From assembly GCA_965660195.1 (NCBI GenBank), contig CBFHZM010000001.1, forward strand, positions 9,096 through 73,095: a DNA stretch of 64,000 nucleotides, read 5' to 3'. The DNA comes from Alphaproteobacteria bacterium (GTDB taxonomy: Bacteria > Pseudomonadota > Alphaproteobacteria > RS24). Below, piece after piece: positions 38,731 through 51,742 of the stretch. How positions within the stretch are numbered: the stretch's first letter is position 1; the number at the start of each line of letters is the position of its first letter. Position numbers and translations under genes: made by a program. The notes beneath the pieces were generated by a model. It was given only the letters and a program-made list of their open reading frames with translations. It was not told the origin of the DNA and did no database searches.

Positions 38731-38935
38731 ATCCCCGCACATGTCTTGGTCGATAAGATTGTTTGATTCGCCTGCGCTGGCGGACTGTGTGAGGCGCTTA
38801 GGGATTTTGTGCTTATATGCCTTTGGTTGATTAAGGGCAGTAAAAAACAAAATCTTCGGCATTGATTGCTTGACAGATACCGATGGCAATCGTAAACCGA
38901 GTTTCGTTGTGACACAGCTTTTTCAGCTGTCTTTC

Positions 38936-39012
38936 GGGGGTGTAGCTCAGTTGGTTAGAGCGCTGGCCTGTCACGCCAGAGGCCGCGGGTTCGAGTCCCG
39001 TCACTCCCGCCA
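38936..39012 (+). tRNA. tRNA-Asp (anticodon GUC), CCA encoded
   Basis: Acceptor GGGGGTG/CACTCCC, anticodon stem CTGGC/GCCAG with loop CTGTCAC, T-arm GCGGGTTCGAGTCCCGT, and discriminator G. Confidence 0.93.
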
Positions 39013-39075
39013 CTTCGCATCTTTCTCAACAGAATATTTTCTCTATAAAACAAAGTAATTGCGGCGGTTTTACGC

Positions 39076-39103
39076 TTGCATCGAGGCTCGCACGGGATAT
39101 ACT
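39076..39103 (+). promoter_or_regulatory. Candidate sigma-70 promoter of the nuo operon
   Basis: TTGCAT (39076-39081), a 16-nt spacer, then TATACT (39098-39103), about 80 nt upstream of the nuoA ATG. Confidence 0.4.
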
Positions 39104-39182
39104 CCGCCCATCTGAACCGAAGGTTTTGGTGTAGCTTACTTGCGCGAAAACAATCTACAGTGAAAGTCTAAAGGCGAGCGTA

Positions 39183-39548
39183 ATGCAGGATCTTTTAAAC
39201 ACTTACTACCCAATCTTGATCTTTATGGCCTTGTCTGCCGTTATCACATTAGCGCTTATGGTTGTGCCCGCGCTGATTGCGCCCACTGCGCCGGATCCAG
39301 ACAAGCTTTCTTCCTATGAATGCGGCTTTGAAGAGTTCGACGATGCGCGCATGAAATTCGATGTGAAGTTCTACCTGGTAGCAATTCTGTTTATTATTTT
39401 TGACCTCGAGGTCGCCTTCTTATTCCCGTGGGCTGTGGCCTTTGGCGATGTTGGTTTGTTTGGCTTCTGGTCGATGATGTTCTTCCTCGGTGTTTTGACG
39501 GTTGGGTTTATATACGAGTGGCGCAAAGGCGCTCTTGAGTGGGATTGA
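39183..39548 (+). CDS. nuoA: NADH-quinone oxidoreductase subunit A
   Basis: 121 aa with 3 TM helices, YECGF motif and [10 protein letters not shown]. Confidence 0.93.
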   Translation: MQDLLNTYYPILIFMALSAVITLALMVVPALIAPTAPDPDKLSSYECGFEEFDDARMKFDVKFYLVAILFIIFDLEVAFLFPWAVAFGDVGLFGFWSMMFFLGVLTVGFIYEWRKGALEWD

Positions 39549-39553
39549 TAATC

Positions 39554-40096
39554 ATGGCGAAGACACAATCTAGCGCAGGCGATCAGCGACCGGCTCCTAT
39601 GCAGGATCCATACTATGCCGAGGTATCAAACCAACTGGCGGATAAAGGCTTTGTGCTGACCTCAGCCGAAGACTTAATTAATTGGGCGCGGACCGGTTCG
39701 CTTCACTGGATGACTTTTGGGTTGGCTTGCTGTGCGGTAGAGATGATGCATACCTCGATGCCGCGTTATGATGTTGAGCGCTTTGGGTTCGCACCCCGCG
39801 CCTCCCCACGGCAATCGGATGTGATGATTGTCGCGGGAACCTTGACCAACAAAATGGCACCGGCTTTGCGCAAGGTTTATGACCAAATGCCCGAACCGCG
39901 CTACGTCATTTCCATGGGGTCTTGCGCCAATGGCGGTGGCTATTACCATTATAGTTATTCAGTCGTGCGTGGCTGTGATCGGGTTGTGCCGGTCGATATT
40001 TACGTCCCCGGTTGCCCCCCCACGGCAGAAGCCTTGTTGTATGGCGTGTTGCTCCTGCAAAAGAAAATCCGGCGCACCGGAACCATCGAACGCTAG
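39554..40096 (+). CDS. nuoB: NADH-quinone oxidoreductase subunit B
   Basis: N2 cluster ligands: [20 protein letters not shown] and PGCPP. I chose the ATG at 39554, just after the nuoA stop. Confidence 0.93.
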   Translation: MAKTQSSAGDQRPAPMQDPYYAEVSNQLADKGFVLTSAEDLINWARTGSLHWMTFGLACCAVEMMHTSMPRYDVERFGFAPRASPRQSDVMIVAGTLTNKMAPALRKVYDQMPEPRYVISMGSCANGGGYYHYSYSVVRGCDRVVPVDIYVPGCPPTAEALLYGVLLLQKKIRRTGTIER

Positions 40097-40111
40097 TCCC
40101 GCGGAGAGATC

Positions 40112-40735
40112 ATGACGACTACAGCAGAGCTTTCTGAACTTGCTGCTCATATCGAGAGTGGTTTATCCGACATGGGCATTGAAACGCACATCGCTTTCGG
40201 TGAGTTGACGGTTATCAGCCCAGTGAGCGCGATTGTCGATGTCATACGGTTTTTGCGTGATGATAAGAAATGTGATTTTGGACAGTTGATAGATATTTGT
40301 GGCGCTGACTATCCAGAGCGGGCTGACCGTTTTGACGTCGTCTATCATTTGCTATCGATGACAAAGAATCACCGTATCCGATGCAAAGTCGCTGTCGGCG
40401 AGGGTGAGATGGTCGCCAGTATTATTGCACTATTTGATAACGCGAATTGGTACGAGCGCGAAACCTTCGATATGTATGGAATCGTCTTTTCCGGGCACCC
40501 TGACTTGCGGCGCATATTGACGGATTACGGCTTTGAAGGCTATCCGCTGCGGAAAGATTTTCCGCTTACCGGACATGTTGAGGTGCGCTATGACGACGAC
40601 GTCAAGAAGGTCGTCTATGAGCCGGTTCGCTTGGTCCAAGAGTTCCGCGATTTCGATTTCGAGAGCCCATGGGAGGGCGCTCGCGGGCTTTTGCCGGGTG
40701 ATGAAAAAGCAGCCTCGTCAGCAGGGGAAGAATAA
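40112..40735 (+). CDS. nuoC: NADH-quinone oxidoreductase subunit C
   Basis: 207 aa with the 30-kDa subunit signature [22 protein letters not shown]. Confidence 0.93.
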   Translation: MTTTAELSELAAHIESGLSDMGIETHIAFGELTVISPVSAIVDVIRFLRDDKKCDFGQLIDICGADYPERADRFDVVYHLLSMTKNHRIRCKVAVGEGEMVASIIALFDNANWYERETFDMYGIVFSGHPDLRRILTDYGFEGYPLRKDFPLTGHVEVRYDDDVKKVVYEPVRLVQEFRDFDFESPWEGARGLLPGDEKAASSAGEE

Positions 40736-40738
40736 GCG

Positions 40739-41920
40739 ATGTCAGAAGCGATTGAAGATCGAAAATTTACTATCAATTTCGGCCCTCAGCACCCTGCAGC
40801 TCACGGTGTGTTGCGGTTGGTCATGGATCTCGATGGCGAAATGGTCACCCGCGTCGATCCTCATATTGGCTTGCTGCATCGTGGCACCGAAAAACTAATC
40901 GAGCACAAAACTTATCTACAGGCAGTGCCTTATTTCGACCGTCTGGACTATGTCGCGCCGATGAACCAAGAGCACGCCTTTGCGTTAGCGGTAGAACGCT
41001 TGCTCGGCATTACAGTTCCCAAACGCGGTCAATATATTCGTGTATTGTATTCTGAAATTGGTCGGCTTTTGAGCCATTTATTGAATATTACGACGCAAGC
41101 CCTGGATGTTGGTGCGCTGACGCCGCCGCTTTGGGGGTTCGAAGAACGCGAGAAAATGATGATTTTCTATGAGCGGGCCAGTGGCGCACGCTTGCACGCC
41201 GCTTATTTCCGACCCGGAGGCGTGCATCAGGATTTGCCCGCAGATTTGCTGAGCGATATTTATGATTTTTGCGACCCTTTTCTCAAAGTGATGGATGACA
41301 TTGAGAGTTTGTTGACCGACAATCGGATCTTCAAACAGCGTAATGTTGATATCGGTATTGTCTCGGAGGACGATATTTACAATTGGGGGTTAACGGGCGT
41401 CATGGCCCGCGGTTCGGGTTTGGCGTGGGATTTGCGCCGGTCGCAGCCCTACGAAGCCTACAACGATTTTGATTTTGACATCCCGATTGGCAAAAACGGC
41501 GATTGCTATGATCGCTATTTGGTGCGTGTTGAGGAATGTCGGCAATCAATTCGCATTATGAAGCAGTGCATTGAAAATATGCCCGATGGGCCGGTGTCAG
41601 CCACCGACGGCAAGATCGTGCCTCCCAAGCGCGGCGAGATGAAGCGTTCGATGGAAGCGTTGATCCATCACTTCAAACTCTACACCGAAGGCTATCATGT
41701 TACGGCTGGCGAAGTTTATGCCGCCGTCGAGGCGCCGAAAGGTGAGTTCGGTGTTTATCTAGTTGGCGATGGGTCGAATAAGCCTTACCGCTGTAAGATC
41801 CGTGCCCCTGGATATGCGCATCTACAAGCCATGGATTATTTGTGTCGCGATCACATGCTGGCCGACGTGTCAGCTATTTTGGGATCGCTTGATATCGTGT
41901 TTGGAGAGGTTGATCGATGA
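40739..41920 (+). CDS. nuoD: NADH-quinone oxidoreductase subunit D
   Basis: 393 aa, 49-kDa subunit: [15 protein letters not shown] and HRGTEKL. Confidence 0.95.
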   Translation: MSEAIEDRKFTINFGPQHPAAHGVLRLVMDLDGEMVTRVDPHIGLLHRGTEKLIEHKTYLQAVPYFDRLDYVAPMNQEHAFALAVERLLGITVPKRGQYIRVLYSEIGRLLSHLLNITTQALDVGALTPPLWGFEEREKMMIFYERASGARLHAAYFRPGGVHQDLPADLLSDIYDFCDPFLKVMDDIESLLTDNRIFKQRNVDIGIVSEDDIYNWGLTGVMARGSGLAWDLRRSQPYEAYNDFDFDIPIGKNGDCYDRYLVRVEECRQSIRIMKQCIENMPDGPVSATDGKIVPPKRGEMKRSMEALIHHFKLYTEGYHVTAGEVYAAVEAPKGEFGVYLVGDGSNKPYRCKIRAPGYAHLQAMDYLCRDHMLADVSAILGSLDIVFGEVDR

Positions 41921-42516
41921 GTGTAAGACGGCTTCACGATAAGCAACCCGAGAGCTTCGCTTTCACGGATGAAAACACTGCCTGGGCAGAAGCGCAAATT
42001 AAAAAGTATCCAGAAGGGCGTCAGGCGAGCGCCGTGATCCCGCTTTTGTGGCAAGCACAGAAGCAGGGTGATGGTTGGTTGTCGGAGCCCGCGATGCGCC
42101 ATGTCGCCGATATGCTCGAGATGCCATATATGCGGGTTTTCGAGGTTGCAACTTTCTACACGATGTTCAACTTAAAACCGGTCGGAAAACATTTTGTGCA
42201 ACTTTGTGGTACGACGCCATGCTGGTTGCGCGGTGCTGATGATCTTAAAGCCGTATGCCGCGAGGTCATCGGCGAGCAGGGCGATATTACCGATGATGGC
42301 GCTTTGAGCTGGCTTGAAGTCGAGTGCCTTGGTGCCTGCGTCAACGCGCCGATGGTGCAAATCAACGATGATTTTTATGAAGATCTTACAGCCGAGAGCT
42401 TCAAAGATATTTTGCTGAAGTTGCAAGCTGGCGAGACGGTCGCGCCGGGGCCGCAGAATTCGCGTCAGGCCTCGGAGCCGGAGGGCGGTCGAACAGTTCT
42501 AAAGGGTGATGCATAA
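41917..42516 (+). CDS. nuoE: NADH-quinone oxidoreductase subunit E
   Basis: 24-kDa subunit with 2Fe-2S ligands CGTTPC...CLGAC. It overlaps nuoD by 4 nt. Confidence 0.93.
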   Translation: MSVRRLHDKQPESFAFTDENTAWAEAQIKKYPEGRQASAVIPLLWQAQKQGDGWLSEPAMRHVADMLEMPYMRVFEVATFYTMFNLKPVGKHFVQLCGTTPCWLRGADDLKAVCREVIGEQGDITDDGALSWLEVECLGACVNAPMVQINDDFYEDLTAESFKDILLKLQAGETVAPGPQNSRQASEPEGGRTVLKGDA

Positions 42517-43793
42517 TGTTACACGATCAGGACCGTATATTTAGCAATATTTATGGCCAAGCAGGCGCTGATCTCTCGGCTGCCAAAAAGCGTGGCGATT
42601 GGGATAAGACAGCCGAGCTGATCAAAAAAGGCCGCGACTGGATTATCGAAGAGGTCAAAGCCTCAGGCTTGCGCGGGCGCGGGGGCGCGGGCTTCCCGAC
42701 GGGCCTAAAGTGGTCCTTTATGCCAAAAGAGAACGATGGCCGACCGCATTATCTGGTCGTCAATGCCGATGAGTCTGAGCCTGGCACTTGCAAAGACCGT
42801 GATATCTTGCGCCATGAGCCACACAAATTGATCGAAGGCTGTTTATTGGCGAGCTTCGCTATGGGGGCGCACGCCTGCTACATCTATGTTCGCGGCGAAT
42901 TTATTCGCGAGCGCGAAGCGTTGCAGCGCGCTGTCGACGAGGCTTATGCCGCTGGTTTGCTCGGCAAGAATGCTGCCAAATCGGGCTGGGATTTTGACCT
43001 CTATGTGCATCACGGCGCTGGTGCCTATATTTGCGGTGAAGAGACGGCTTTGATCGAAAGCCTCGAGGGCAAGAAGGGGATGCCGCGCTTGAAGCCGCCG
43101 TTCCCTGCCAATATGGGGCTTTATGGCTGTCCGACGACCGTCAATAATGTTGAGAGCATTGCTGTGGCGCCGACGATTTTGCGTCGAGGCGGTGGATGGT
43201 TCGCCGGCCTTGGTCGCGAGGGTAATACGGGTACCAAGCTGTTTTGTATTTCTGGGCATGTGAACAATCCGTGCAATGTCGAAGAAGAAATGGGGATTCC
43301 GCTGAAGGAGTTGCTCGAGAAACATGCCGGTGGTGTGCGCGGCGGCTGGGACAATCTTTTGGCTGTGATCCCTGGTGGATCCTCGGTGCCGCTTTTGCCG
43401 AAATCGATTTGCGACACAGTTTTGATGGATTTTGATAGTTTGAAAGCTGTGCAGTCCGGCTTGGGGACAGCGGCTGTGATCGTGATGGATAAGTCGACTG
43501 ATATTGTGAAAGCCATTGCGCGGATCTCACATTTTTATAAGCACGAAAGTTGCGGACAGTGCACGCCGTGCCGCGAAGGAACGGGCTGGATGTGGCGCGT
43601 CATGGAGCGTATGGCTGCTGGCCAAGCGCAAGCCCGCGAAATTGATATGTTGCTAAAAGTGTCGAAACAAATCGAAGGCCACACAATCTGTGCCCTTGGT
43701 GATGCGGCGGCGTGGCCAATTCAAGGGTTGATCAGACATTTTCGCCCAGAAATGGAAGCCCGACTTAAAGGGGTTGCGGAGGCTGCTGAATGA
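42516..43793 (+). CDS. nuoF: NADH-quinone oxidoreductase subunit F
   Basis: 51-kDa subunit with FMN/NADH motifs [23 protein letters not shown] and the N3 cluster [12 protein letters not shown]. Confidence 0.95.
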   Translation: MLHDQDRIFSNIYGQAGADLSAAKKRGDWDKTAELIKKGRDWIIEEVKASGLRGRGGAGFPTGLKWSFMPKENDGRPHYLVVNADESEPGTCKDRDILRHEPHKLIEGCLLASFAMGAHACYIYVRGEFIREREALQRAVDEAYAAGLLGKNAAKSGWDFDLYVHHGAGAYICGEETALIESLEGKKGMPRLKPPFPANMGLYGCPTTVNNVESIAVAPTILRRGGGWFAGLGREGNTGTKLFCISGHVNNPCNVEEEMGIPLKELLEKHAGGVRGGWDNLLAVIPGGSSVPLLPKSICDTVLMDFDSLKAVQSGLGTAAVIVMDKSTDIVKAIARISHFYKHESCGQCTPCREGTGWMWRVMERMAAGQAQAREIDMLLKVSKQIEGHTICALGDAAAWPIQGLIRHFRPEMEARLKGVAEAAE

Positions 43794-45862
43794 GTGACTT
43801 GGTAAAACTAACGGTCGATGGTGTGAGCGTTGAGGTGCCGGCTGGCACGTCAATCCTGCAGGCGTGCGAGACAGCTGGCGCCGAAATTCCTCGCTTTTGT
43901 TATCATGAGCGTCTGTCGGTCGCCGGCAACTGCCGCATGTGCTTGGTCGAAGTCGAGCGGGCGCCAAAACCAGTAGCGAGCTGTGCGATGCCCGTAGCCC
44001 CCGATATGGTGGTCCATACAGGCACCGACATGGTAAAAGATGCACGTGAAGGCGTGATGGAGTTTTTGCTGATTAACCACCCGCTCGATTGTCCGATTTG
44101 CGACCAGGGCGGAGAGTGCGACTTGCAGGATCAAGCCCTCGGCTATGGCCATGACGCCAGCCGCTTTGCCGACAATAAGCGCGCTGTCGAAGAAAAATTC
44201 ATGGGCCCCTTGGTCAAGACCGAAATGACGCGCTGTATTCATTGTACGCGCTGTGTCCGCTTCTCGACCGAGGTCGCTGGTGTTCCGGAAATTGGCGCCA
44301 TTGGTCGTGGCGAGGATATGGAAATTACCACCTATCTCGAGGCGTCTTTAGATAGCGAATTATCGGGCAATGTCATCGATTTGTGTCCAGTGGGGGCTTT
44401 GACCTCCAAGCCGTATGCGTTTACGGCGCGGCCGTGGGAGCTTCGTAAAACCGAAACGATCGATGTGATGGACGCCGTTGGTAGTAGTATTCGTGTCGAT
44501 GCGAGGGGTCGTGAAGTGATGCGTATTCTGCCGCGCAATCATGACGATGTGAACGAAGAGTGGATTAGCGATAAGTCGCGTTTTGTATGGGATGGTATTA
44601 ACCGCCAGCGTCTTGATCGCCCTTATTTGCGGACTAAGGGCAAGCTGGTCGAGGCATCGTGGAACGAAGTCTTTGAAGCCATAGCGGCTCGCATGGGTGA
44701 TGGAAATAAAGTGGCTGCTTTGGCTGGCGACTTGGCCTGTGTTGAGAGCCAATATGCGCTGAAGCAACTGATGACTTCAATTGGTTCGCCGCATATGGAT
44801 TGCCGGCCTGCGGGGTCAGCTCTCACTGGGCCGCGGGCTAACTATATTTTAAATGCTGGCATTGCTGGGATTGAGGATGCTGACGGCTTATTGTTGATTG
44901 GCGTCAACCCACGACTTGAGGCGTCTGTTATCAATGCCCGCATTCGCAAGCGTTGGCGGGCAGGTCGTTTCCCTATCGCGATGATTGGCGAGGCGGCTGA
45001 TCTCACCTATCCAGTCGAAAATTTAGGCGTGGGGCCCGAGACGTTGCAAGCGCTGGTTAAGGGCAGTCTCGATTTCTCGAAAACCTTGGCGGCTTGCCAA
45101 CGGCCGATGATTATTCTTGGTGAGGCCGCTGTTAGCCGCGCTGATGGCGCTGCGATTTTCGATATGGCGCTCGATTTGGCTGAAAAAACCGGCGCGATTA
45201 CGGGCGATTGGAATGGTTTTGGCGTGCTTCATAATGCAGCTGGTCGCGTTGGTGGTCTCGATATTGGCTTCCTTCCCGCGGCGGGTGGGCGCGACACGGC
45301 GGGCATTCTGAAGGCCGCGGCAAAGGGTGATATTGAGACGGTATTCTTGCTGGGCGCTGATGAGCTGGAGATGGACAGCCTCGGGTCAGCTTGTGTGATT
45401 TACATTGGGTCCCACGGTGATGCCGGTGCGGCCCGCGCCGACATTATTTTGCCGGCGGCTTGCTACACCGAAAAGCAAGCCATTTATGTTAACACCGAAG
45501 GGCGGGTGCAAATGACCGAGCGCGCGACCTTGCCGCCCGGAGAGGCGCGCGAGGACTGGAAAATTTTCCGCGCGTTGTCGGCTGTGCTTGGTAAAGCCTT
45601 GCCCTTTGATCGGATTGAAGATTTACGCCAGAACTTATTTTCTGAAGTGCCACATTTGGCAATTTTGGATGATCGGGCGCCTGCGGCGCAGCCGCAGAAA
45701 GTGGGCGGCGGCAAGATTGATGCTGCTCCCTTTGGTAGCATGGTGCGCGATTTTTATTTCACCAATCCAGTGGCGCGGGCTTCGATAACGATGGCGCAAT
45801 GTGCGCAAGCGCGCGCCGAACGGCAGGCTCAGGTGAAGGGGACCGGTACCAATGGAAAGTAG
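43790..45862 (+). CDS. nuoG: NADH-quinone oxidoreductase subunit G
   Basis: 690 aa, 75-kDa subunit with an N-terminal 2Fe-2S region and 4Fe-4S motifs ([35 protein letters not shown]). Confidence 0.95.
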   Translation: MSDLVKLTVDGVSVEVPAGTSILQACETAGAEIPRFCYHERLSVAGNCRMCLVEVERAPKPVASCAMPVAPDMVVHTGTDMVKDAREGVMEFLLINHPLDCPICDQGGECDLQDQALGYGHDASRFADNKRAVEEKFMGPLVKTEMTRCIHCTRCVRFSTEVAGVPEIGAIGRGEDMEITTYLEASLDSELSGNVIDLCPVGALTSKPYAFTARPWELRKTETIDVMDAVGSSIRVDARGREVMRILPRNHDDVNEEWISDKSRFVWDGINRQRLDRPYLRTKGKLVEASWNEVFEAIAARMGDGNKVAALAGDLACVESQYALKQLMTSIGSPHMDCRPAGSALTGPRANYILNAGIAGIEDADGLLLIGVNPRLEASVINARIRKRWRAGRFPIAMIGEAADLTYPVENLGVGPETLQALVKGSLDFSKTLAACQRPMIILGEAAVSRADGAAIFDMALDLAEKTGAITGDWNGFGVLHNAAGRVGGLDIGFLPAAGGRDTAGILKAAAKGDIETVFLLGADELEMDSLGSACVIYIGSHGDAGAARADIILPAACYTEKQAIYVNTEGRVQMTERATLPPGEAREDWKIFRALSAVLGKALPFDRIEDLRQNLFSEVPHLAILDDRAPAAQPQKVGGGKIDAAPFGSMVRDFYFTNPVARASITMAQCAQARAERQAQVKGTGTNGK

Positions 45863-46862
45863 TGCCTTCGATATCTATATTTGGCCAGCGCTGCTCGTCA
45901 CGCTTCATAGTCTATCGATTATTCTTGTCCTCTTAGTGTCGCTTGCGTTTTTTATGTATGCCGATCGGAAGATCTGGGCGGCTGTGCAATTGCGGCGGGG
46001 CCCGAATGTGGTTGGCCCGTTTGGTTTGCTTCAGAGCTTTGCGGATATTCTAAAATATCTGTTTAAGGAAATCGTTATCCCGAGCAAGTCGAGCAAGGTG
46101 ATCTTCCTATTGGCCCCTTTTGTCACCATGTTCCTGGCCTTGAGCGCTTGGGCGGTGATCCCGGTTAGCGATGGCTGGGCGGTTGCCGATATTAATGTCG
46201 GGATTCTCTACATTTTCGCGATTTCCTCGCTTGGGGTCTATGGCGTGATCATGGGCGGTTGGGCGTCGAACTCTAAATATCCGTTTCTCGGGGCCTTACG
46301 CTCGGCAGCGCAAATGGTGTCTTATGAGGTCTCTATTGGTCTCGTGATCATCACAGTTTTGCTATGCGTTGGGTCTCTAAACTTGTCTGATATTATTAGA
46401 GCCCAAGAAAACATCTGGTTTGCGGTTCCGCTGTTCCCGATGTTTGTTGTGTTTTTTATCTCAGCTTTGGCAGAGACTAACCGTCCGCCGTTTGATCTGC
46501 CCGAAGCGGAATCAGAACTTGTAGCCGGCTTTATGACGGAATATTCGTCAACGCCTTATGTCGTGTTCATGATCGGCGAGCTTGCGAATATTATTCTGAT
46601 GTGCGCCATGACGACGGTGCTCTTCCTCGGCGGCTGGTTACCACCGGCTGATATAGCGCCGTTTAATTTAAGACCGGGCGTTGTGTGGTTTGTTCTGAAG
46701 ATCTGCTTTGTTTTCTTCATGTTTGCCATGGTGAAAGCCATGGTGCCGCGCTATCGCTATGACCAGCTAATGCGTTTGGGGTGGAAAGTATTCCTGCCAC
46801 TGTCGCTTCTTTGGGTCGTACTCACCGCTGGCTTTTTGCAATTCACCGGAATGGTGCCGTAA
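45852..46862 (+). CDS. nuoH: NADH-quinone oxidoreductase subunit H
   Basis: 336 aa polytopic protein with [14 protein letters not shown] and [20 protein letters not shown]. Confidence 0.95.
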   Translation: MESSAFDIYIWPALLVTLHSLSIILVLLVSLAFFMYADRKIWAAVQLRRGPNVVGPFGLLQSFADILKYLFKEIVIPSKSSKVIFLLAPFVTMFLALSAWAVIPVSDGWAVADINVGILYIFAISSLGVYGVIMGGWASNSKYPFLGALRSAAQMVSYEVSIGLVIITVLLCVGSLNLSDIIRAQENIWFAVPLFPMFVVFFISALAETNRPPFDLPEAESELVAGFMTEYSSTPYVVFMIGELANIILMCAMTTVLFLGGWLPPADIAPFNLRPGVVWFVLKICFVFFMFAMVKAMVPRYRYDQLMRLGWKVFLPLSLLWVVLTAGFLQFTGMVP

Positions 46863-46871
46863 GGGGGTTGG

Positions 46872-47366
46872 ATGATGGGATTTCTTGGACGTACCGCGCG
46901 AGGTTTGCTGTTGGTCGAGTTCGTCTCGGCATTTGCCCTGGCGATGCGCTACTTCTTCGCCCCTAAGGCTACGGTTAATTATCCGCATGAAAAAGGCCCT
47001 TTGAGCCCGCGGTTTCGCGGCGAGCATGCGCTTCGGCGTTATCCAAACGGGCAAGAGCGTTGTATTGCCTGTAAGCTGTGCGAAGCCGTCTGCCCGGCAC
47101 AAGCCATCACAATTGAGGCAGGCCCGCGCAATAATGATGGCACGCGCCGGACTGTTCGCTATGACATCGACATGGTCAAATGTATTTATTGCGGCCTGTG
47201 TCAGGAGGCTTGCCCCGTCGATGCAATTGTCGAGGGGCCGAATTTTGAATTCGCTACGGAGACCCGTGAAGAGTTGATTTACGACAAACAGAAATTGCTC
47301 GCCAATGGCGACCGTTGGGAAGTCGAAATTGCCAAGAATCTCGAGCTGGATGCTCCCTATAGATAA
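46872..47366 (+). CDS. nuoI: NADH-quinone oxidoreductase subunit I
   Basis: Two 4Fe-4S ferredoxin motifs, [12 protein letters not shown] and [12 protein letters not shown]. Confidence 0.95.
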   Translation: MMGFLGRTARGLLLVEFVSAFALAMRYFFAPKATVNYPHEKGPLSPRFRGEHALRRYPNGQERCIACKLCEAVCPAQAITIEAGPRNNDGTRRTVRYDIDMVKCIYCGLCQEACPVDAIVEGPNFEFATETREELIYDKQKLLANGDRWEVEIAKNLELDAPYR

Positions 47367-47372
47367 GGTTTT

Positions 47373-47978
47373 ATGATGGAACTTACGAGCCTCATTTTTT
47401 ATCTCTTTGCCGGCGTGAGTGTCGCCAGCGCTTTTATGGTCATCGCTGCACGCAATCCCGTTTATTCCGTGCTGTTCTTGATTTTGACCTTTTTCAATGC
47501 GGCTGGACTGTTCGTCCTGATGGGTGCTGAGTTTCTCGCTTTGATTTTGGTCGTCGTGTATGTCGGTGCCGTCGCTGTATTGTTCCTGTTTGTTGTGATG
47601 ATGTTAGACATTGATTTTGCTGAATTACGCGAGGGGTTTTTGCAGTATCTTCCGATCGGCGCGACCGTTGGTATCATACTGTTGATTGAGCTGATTATGG
47701 TTCTCGCGTCGACACAATTTGCCGATGTCGCGGCGCTTCCCAGTGCTTCGCCGGAGGGAGTTACCAATACAATGGCATTGGGGCGGGTGCTTTATACAGA
47801 CCATATTTTCTTCTTCCAGACAGCGGGCGCTATTTTGTTGGTCGCGATGATCGGCGCCATTGTCTTGACGCTTGAAAAGGGCCCGTCACCGAAAAAGCAA
47901 AATGTTGCAAAGCAAAATGCCCGAACCAAAAAAGATGGCGTCGCTTTGGTCGATGTTAAACCTGGGCAAGGGTTGTAG
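47373..47978 (+). CDS. nuoJ: NADH-quinone oxidoreductase subunit J
   Basis: 201 aa membrane protein in the ND6/NuoJ position, with the VYVGAVAVLFLFVVMM pattern. Confidence 0.9.
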   Translation: MMELTSLIFYLFAGVSVASAFMVIAARNPVYSVLFLILTFFNAAGLFVLMGAEFLALILVVVYVGAVAVLFLFVVMMLDIDFAELREGFLQYLPIGATVGIILLIELIMVLASTQFADVAALPSASPEGVTNTMALGRVLYTDHIFFFQTAGAILLVAMIGAIVLTLEKGPSPKKQNVAKQNARTKKDGVALVDVKPGQGL

Positions 47979-47987
47979 GGGGACGAA

Positions 47988-48296
47988 ATGGCGATTGGCT
48001 TAACCCATTATCTGACGTTAGCGGCGATCTTATTTACGATCGGCGTGTTGGGCATTTTCTTGAACCGGAAAAACGTGATTGTCATTCTCATGGCTATCGA
48101 GCTGATGTTATTGGCTGTCAATATCAACCTGGTGGCGTTTTCGGCCTATCTCGGCGATTTGATGGGGCAGGTCTTCGCTTTGCTGGTCTTGACCGTTGCC
48201 GCTGGTGAGGCTGCTATCGGGCTTGCAATTCTCGTTGTTTATTTCCGCAATCGCGGCGGCATTGCCGTTGAAGACGTCAGCCAGATGAGGGGCTAA
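47988..48296 (+). CDS. nuoK: NADH-quinone oxidoreductase subunit K
   Basis: 102 aa with 3 TM helices, IELMLLAVN and [10 protein letters not shown]. Confidence 0.93.
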   Translation: MAIGLTHYLTLAAILFTIGVLGIFLNRKNVIVILMAIELMLLAVNINLVAFSAYLGDLMGQVFALLVLTVAAGEAAIGLAILVVYFRNRGGIAVEDVSQMRG

Positions 48297-48300
48297 CTTT

Positions 48301-50232
48301 ATGTTTAAGGCCATTATTTTTCTCCCGCTTGTTGGCTCTATCATTGCCGGATTGTTTGGACGCTATATTGGCGCACGAGCATCAGAGATTGTGACGTCGT
48401 CCTTTTTGGTGGCGGCAGCAATTTTGTCCTGCATCGGCTTTTACGATGTTGCCGTAATGGGGCAAGCACAGAGCGTGCATGTACTATCTTGGATTAGCTC
48501 GGGCTCGCTCGAAATAAATTGGATGTTGCGCGTCGATACGCTGACAGCGGTCATGCTGGTCGTGGTGACGGGCGTCTCGGCCTTGGTGCATATCTACTCC
48601 ATCGGATATATGCATGACGATCCCTATCGGCCGCGCTTCTTTGCCTATCTATCCTTATTTACCTTTATGATGCTGGCCTTGGTAACGGCGGACAATTTTG
48701 TCCAACTGTTTTTCGGATGGGAAGGCGTTGGCTTGGCTAGCTATCTCTTGATCGGGTTTTATTATCAAAAGAACTCAGCCAATGCCGCAGCAATTAAAGC
48801 TTTTGTTGTGAACCGTGTCGGCGATTTCGGTTTGATCCTCGGGATGGCAGCAATTTATCTCACCACGGACTCGCTGTCCTTTGACTCCGTCTTCGCTGCG
48901 CGTGACGCGCTGGCCGCAGGCAAGTTTGAGTCTTTTGGCTTCACGCTTCCCGTGCTCGATACAATCTGTTTGTTATTGTTTATGGGCGCAATGGGTAAAT
49001 CCGCTCAGTTTTTGCTACATACTTGGCTACCGGATGCAATGGAAGGCCCGACACCTGTTTCGGCTTTAATCCATGCGGCGACTATGGTGACGGCAGGCGT
49101 ATTTTTGCTGGCTCGTACCTCACCCTTATTTGAGTTGTCACCCACGGCATTGACCGTTGTTACCGTTGTTGGTGCGATAACAGCATTTTTTGCAGCGACA
49201 ATCGGGCTTGTGCAAAATGATATTAAGCGGGTCATTGCCTATTCAACGTGTTCGCAACTCGGTTACATGTTTGTTGCCTTAGGGGTTGGCGCCTACCAAG
49301 CGGCGATGTTCCATTTGTTTACGCATGCATTCTTTAAGGCTTTGCTGTTTCTTGGCGCTGGTTCGGTTATCCATGCCATGCATCACGAGCAAGACATGCG
49401 CAATATGGGCGGGCTTCGTCAATTAATCCCGCTGACATGGGTCTTGATGATTATCGGAACCATTGCCTTAACGGGCTTCCCATTGACGGCTGGTTATTTT
49501 TCGAAAGACGCGATTATTGAGGCGGCTTATGCTGATGCGCTGGCGCCGCATATGTTTGCCTTTACTCTTTTGGTGGTTGCCGCCGGCTTTACATCTTTTT
49601 ATTCATGGCGGTTGATTTTCATGACCTTCCATGGCGTGCCGCGCTGTTCCAATGACACGTTAAGCCATGTTCATGAAGCGCCTGCCGTGATGTCGGTGCC
49701 GCTGATTATTCTCGCTATCGGCGCCTTGTTTGCTGGTGCTATGTTTGCCTCGTCATTTATCGGCGAGGGGCAGGTGGCGTTCTGGCAAGGATCCATTTTC
49801 ACTCTGCCAGATAATAAAATTCTAGAAGATCTACACCATGTGCCCGCGCTGGTTAAATATGCGCCGCTGATCATGATGATCCTCGGGTTTGTCGGCGCGT
49901 GGTACTTCTATATTCGTCGTCCAGATCTGCCGCCGAAAATTGCCGAAAGCCAAGTGGTGCTGTATCAGTTCCTACTCAATAAGTGGTATTTCGATGAAAT
50001 TTACGACTTCCTGATTGTGCGGCCAGTGCGTTGGCTGGCACGTATTTTTTGGAAAGGCGGCGACGGCGCGATTATCGATGGCTTTGGTCCTGATGGTGTT
50101 TCGCGGGCAGTCGTGCAGGCCACGGGCCGTTTTGTTAAGTTGCAAACCGGCTATCTATATCATTACGCCTTTGTGATGCTGCTGGGGATTGCCGGCTTTG
50201 TCTCTTGGTTTTTAATGGCTGGGGGACGCTAA
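48301..50232 (+). CDS. nuoL: NADH-quinone oxidoreductase subunit L
   Basis: 643 aa antiporter-like subunit with [15 protein letters not shown] and a C-terminal lateral-helix region. Confidence 0.95.
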   Translation: MFKAIIFLPLVGSIIAGLFGRYIGARASEIVTSSFLVAAAILSCIGFYDVAVMGQAQSVHVLSWISSGSLEINWMLRVDTLTAVMLVVVTGVSALVHIYSIGYMHDDPYRPRFFAYLSLFTFMMLALVTADNFVQLFFGWEGVGLASYLLIGFYYQKNSANAAAIKAFVVNRVGDFGLILGMAAIYLTTDSLSFDSVFAARDALAAGKFESFGFTLPVLDTICLLLFMGAMGKSAQFLLHTWLPDAMEGPTPVSALIHAATMVTAGVFLLARTSPLFELSPTALTVVTVVGAITAFFAATIGLVQNDIKRVIAYSTCSQLGYMFVALGVGAYQAAMFHLFTHAFFKALLFLGAGSVIHAMHHEQDMRNMGGLRQLIPLTWVLMIIGTIALTGFPLTAGYFSKDAIIEAAYADALAPHMFAFTLLVVAAGFTSFYSWRLIFMTFHGVPRCSNDTLSHVHEAPAVMSVPLIILAIGALFAGAMFASSFIGEGQVAFWQGSIFTLPDNKILEDLHHVPALVKYAPLIMMILGFVGAWYFYIRRPDLPPKIAESQVVLYQFLLNKWYFDEIYDFLIVRPVRWLARIFWKGGDGAIIDGFGPDGVSRAVVQATGRFVKLQTGYLYHYAFVMLLGIAGFVSWFLMAGGR

Positions 50233-50233
50233 G

Positions 50234-51733
50234 ATGAATTGGCCCATTTTATCGACAATTACTTTTTTGCCGCTTCTCGGCGCTTTGTTTATCCTTCTTA
50301 TTCGGGGTGATGAAGAAACGATTGCCAATAATGCACGCTCCGTTGCGCTATGGACGTCGATTGTCACGTTGATTTTAAGCCTGTTTATGCTCTTGGAGTT
50401 TGACGGCTCCCTCGCGGGCTTCCAATTTGTTGAACGCTTCCAATGGTTGGGCGGGGGTGTTGATTACGCCATGGGCGTCGACGGCATTTCGGTGCTTTTT
50501 GTCGTGCTCACAACATCGCTCTTGCCGTTGTGTATTCTCGCGAGCTGGAATTCGGTCACCCACCGTGTGCGCGAATATATGTTGGCATTTCTTGTTCTTG
50601 AGACCTTGATGATTGGCGTGTTCTGCGCGCTGGACATCATTTTATTCTACCTCTTTTTCGAGGGCGGCCTGATCCCAATGTATCTGATCATCGGGGTATG
50701 GGGGGGCAAGCGTCGCATTTACGCGAGCTTTAAGTTCTTTCTCTACACGCTTTTAGGGTCAGTCCTGATGTTGCTGGCGATCATGTATATGTATCTGCAA
50801 GTCGGTTCGACCTATATTCCCTCGATGATGGCGGCGCAATTTGACGCTGATTATCAGACTTGGTTGTGGCTCGCCTTCTTTGCCTCGTTTGCCGTGAAAA
50901 TGCCGATGTGGCCGGTGCACACGTGGTTGCCCGATGCGCACGTCGAGGCGCCAACGGCGGGGTCGGTGATCCTGGCTGGCGTCTTGCTGAAAATGGGCGG
51001 TTATGGCTTCTTGCGCTTTTCGCTGCCGATGTTCCCGCTGGCCTCAGAAATGTTTGCGCCGCTGGTCTTTGTGCTGAGCGCTATCGCTATTGTTTACACA
51101 TCGCTAGTCGCGTTCGCGCAAGAGGATATGAAAAAACTTATTGCTTATTCGTCTGTAGCGCATATGGGTTTCGTGACCATGGGGATATTCTCCGGCACGA
51201 CGCAAGGCGTCCAAGGCGCTGTCTTTCAAATGCTATCGCATGGCTGGATCTCAGGCGCTCTGTTCCTTTGCGTTGGGGTTGTGTATGACCGCATGCACAC
51301 ACGCGAGATCGCGGCCTATGGTGGGTTGGTTAATCGGATGCCAGTTTATGCCGCGATCTTCATGCTTTTTACCATGGCGAATGTTGGTTTGCCGGGAACC
51401 TCAGGTTTTGTTGGCGAGTTTTTAACGATTATCGGAACCTTTCAAGTCAGCACAACAACGGCTTTGTTCGCGGCGTCTGGGGTTATTTTTGCCGCCGTTT
51501 ATGCATTGACGCTGTATCGCAGAGTTGTTTTCGGAAAAATCGGCAATGAAGGACTTGAGGAAATCGAGGATGTCACCCGCTTGGAGCGTTTTATTTTGCT
51601 ACCGCTTCTGATCGCGACACTTGTATTTGGTGTTTGGCCGATGCCGATCCTCGAACTCACGGCGCCTTCGATTGATTTGCTGTTGAATAATTTTGGCCAA
51701 TCGCTGATTAGCGCTGGCGAGACCATGCTGTAG
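50234..51733 (+). CDS. nuoM: NADH-quinone oxidoreductase subunit M
   Basis: 499 aa antiporter-like subunit with [26 protein letters not shown]. Confidence 0.95.
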   Translation: MNWPILSTITFLPLLGALFILLIRGDEETIANNARSVALWTSIVTLILSLFMLLEFDGSLAGFQFVERFQWLGGGVDYAMGVDGISVLFVVLTTSLLPLCILASWNSVTHRVREYMLAFLVLETLMIGVFCALDIILFYLFFEGGLIPMYLIIGVWGGKRRIYASFKFFLYTLLGSVLMLLAIMYMYLQVGSTYIPSMMAAQFDADYQTWLWLAFFASFAVKMPMWPVHTWLPDAHVEAPTAGSVILAGVLLKMGGYGFLRFSLPMFPLASEMFAPLVFVLSAIAIVYTSLVAFAQEDMKKLIAYSSVAHMGFVTMGIFSGTTQGVQGAVFQMLSHGWISGALFLCVGVVYDRMHTREIAAYGGLVNRMPVYAAIFMLFTMANVGLPGTSGFVGEFLTIIGTFQVSTTTALFAASGVIFAAVYALTLYRRVVFGKIGNEGLEEIEDVTRLERFILLPLLIATLVFGVWPMPILELTAPSIDLLLNNFGQSLISAGETML

Positions 51734-51742
51734 GGGACGCTC

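Noticed and set aside
38655-39012. The tRNA-Val / tRNA-Asp pair as a possible genomic-island integration site.
   Set aside because: No integrase, no repeated tRNA 3' fragment and no foreign-looking genes flank them. The 205-nt spacer carries a plausible own promoter (TTGACA-N17-TAAACC) for tRNA-Asp, and the nuo operon follows directly.
43121-43530. Antisense ORFs of 60-160 aa inside nuoF, and many similar ones inside topA, rnr, gatA, lon, dnaE and other genes in the ORF track.
   Set aside because: These are typical shadow ORFs opposite or out of frame to strongly supported genes. Their composition is Arg/Ser/Ala/Pro-rich and they have no start-site signals.
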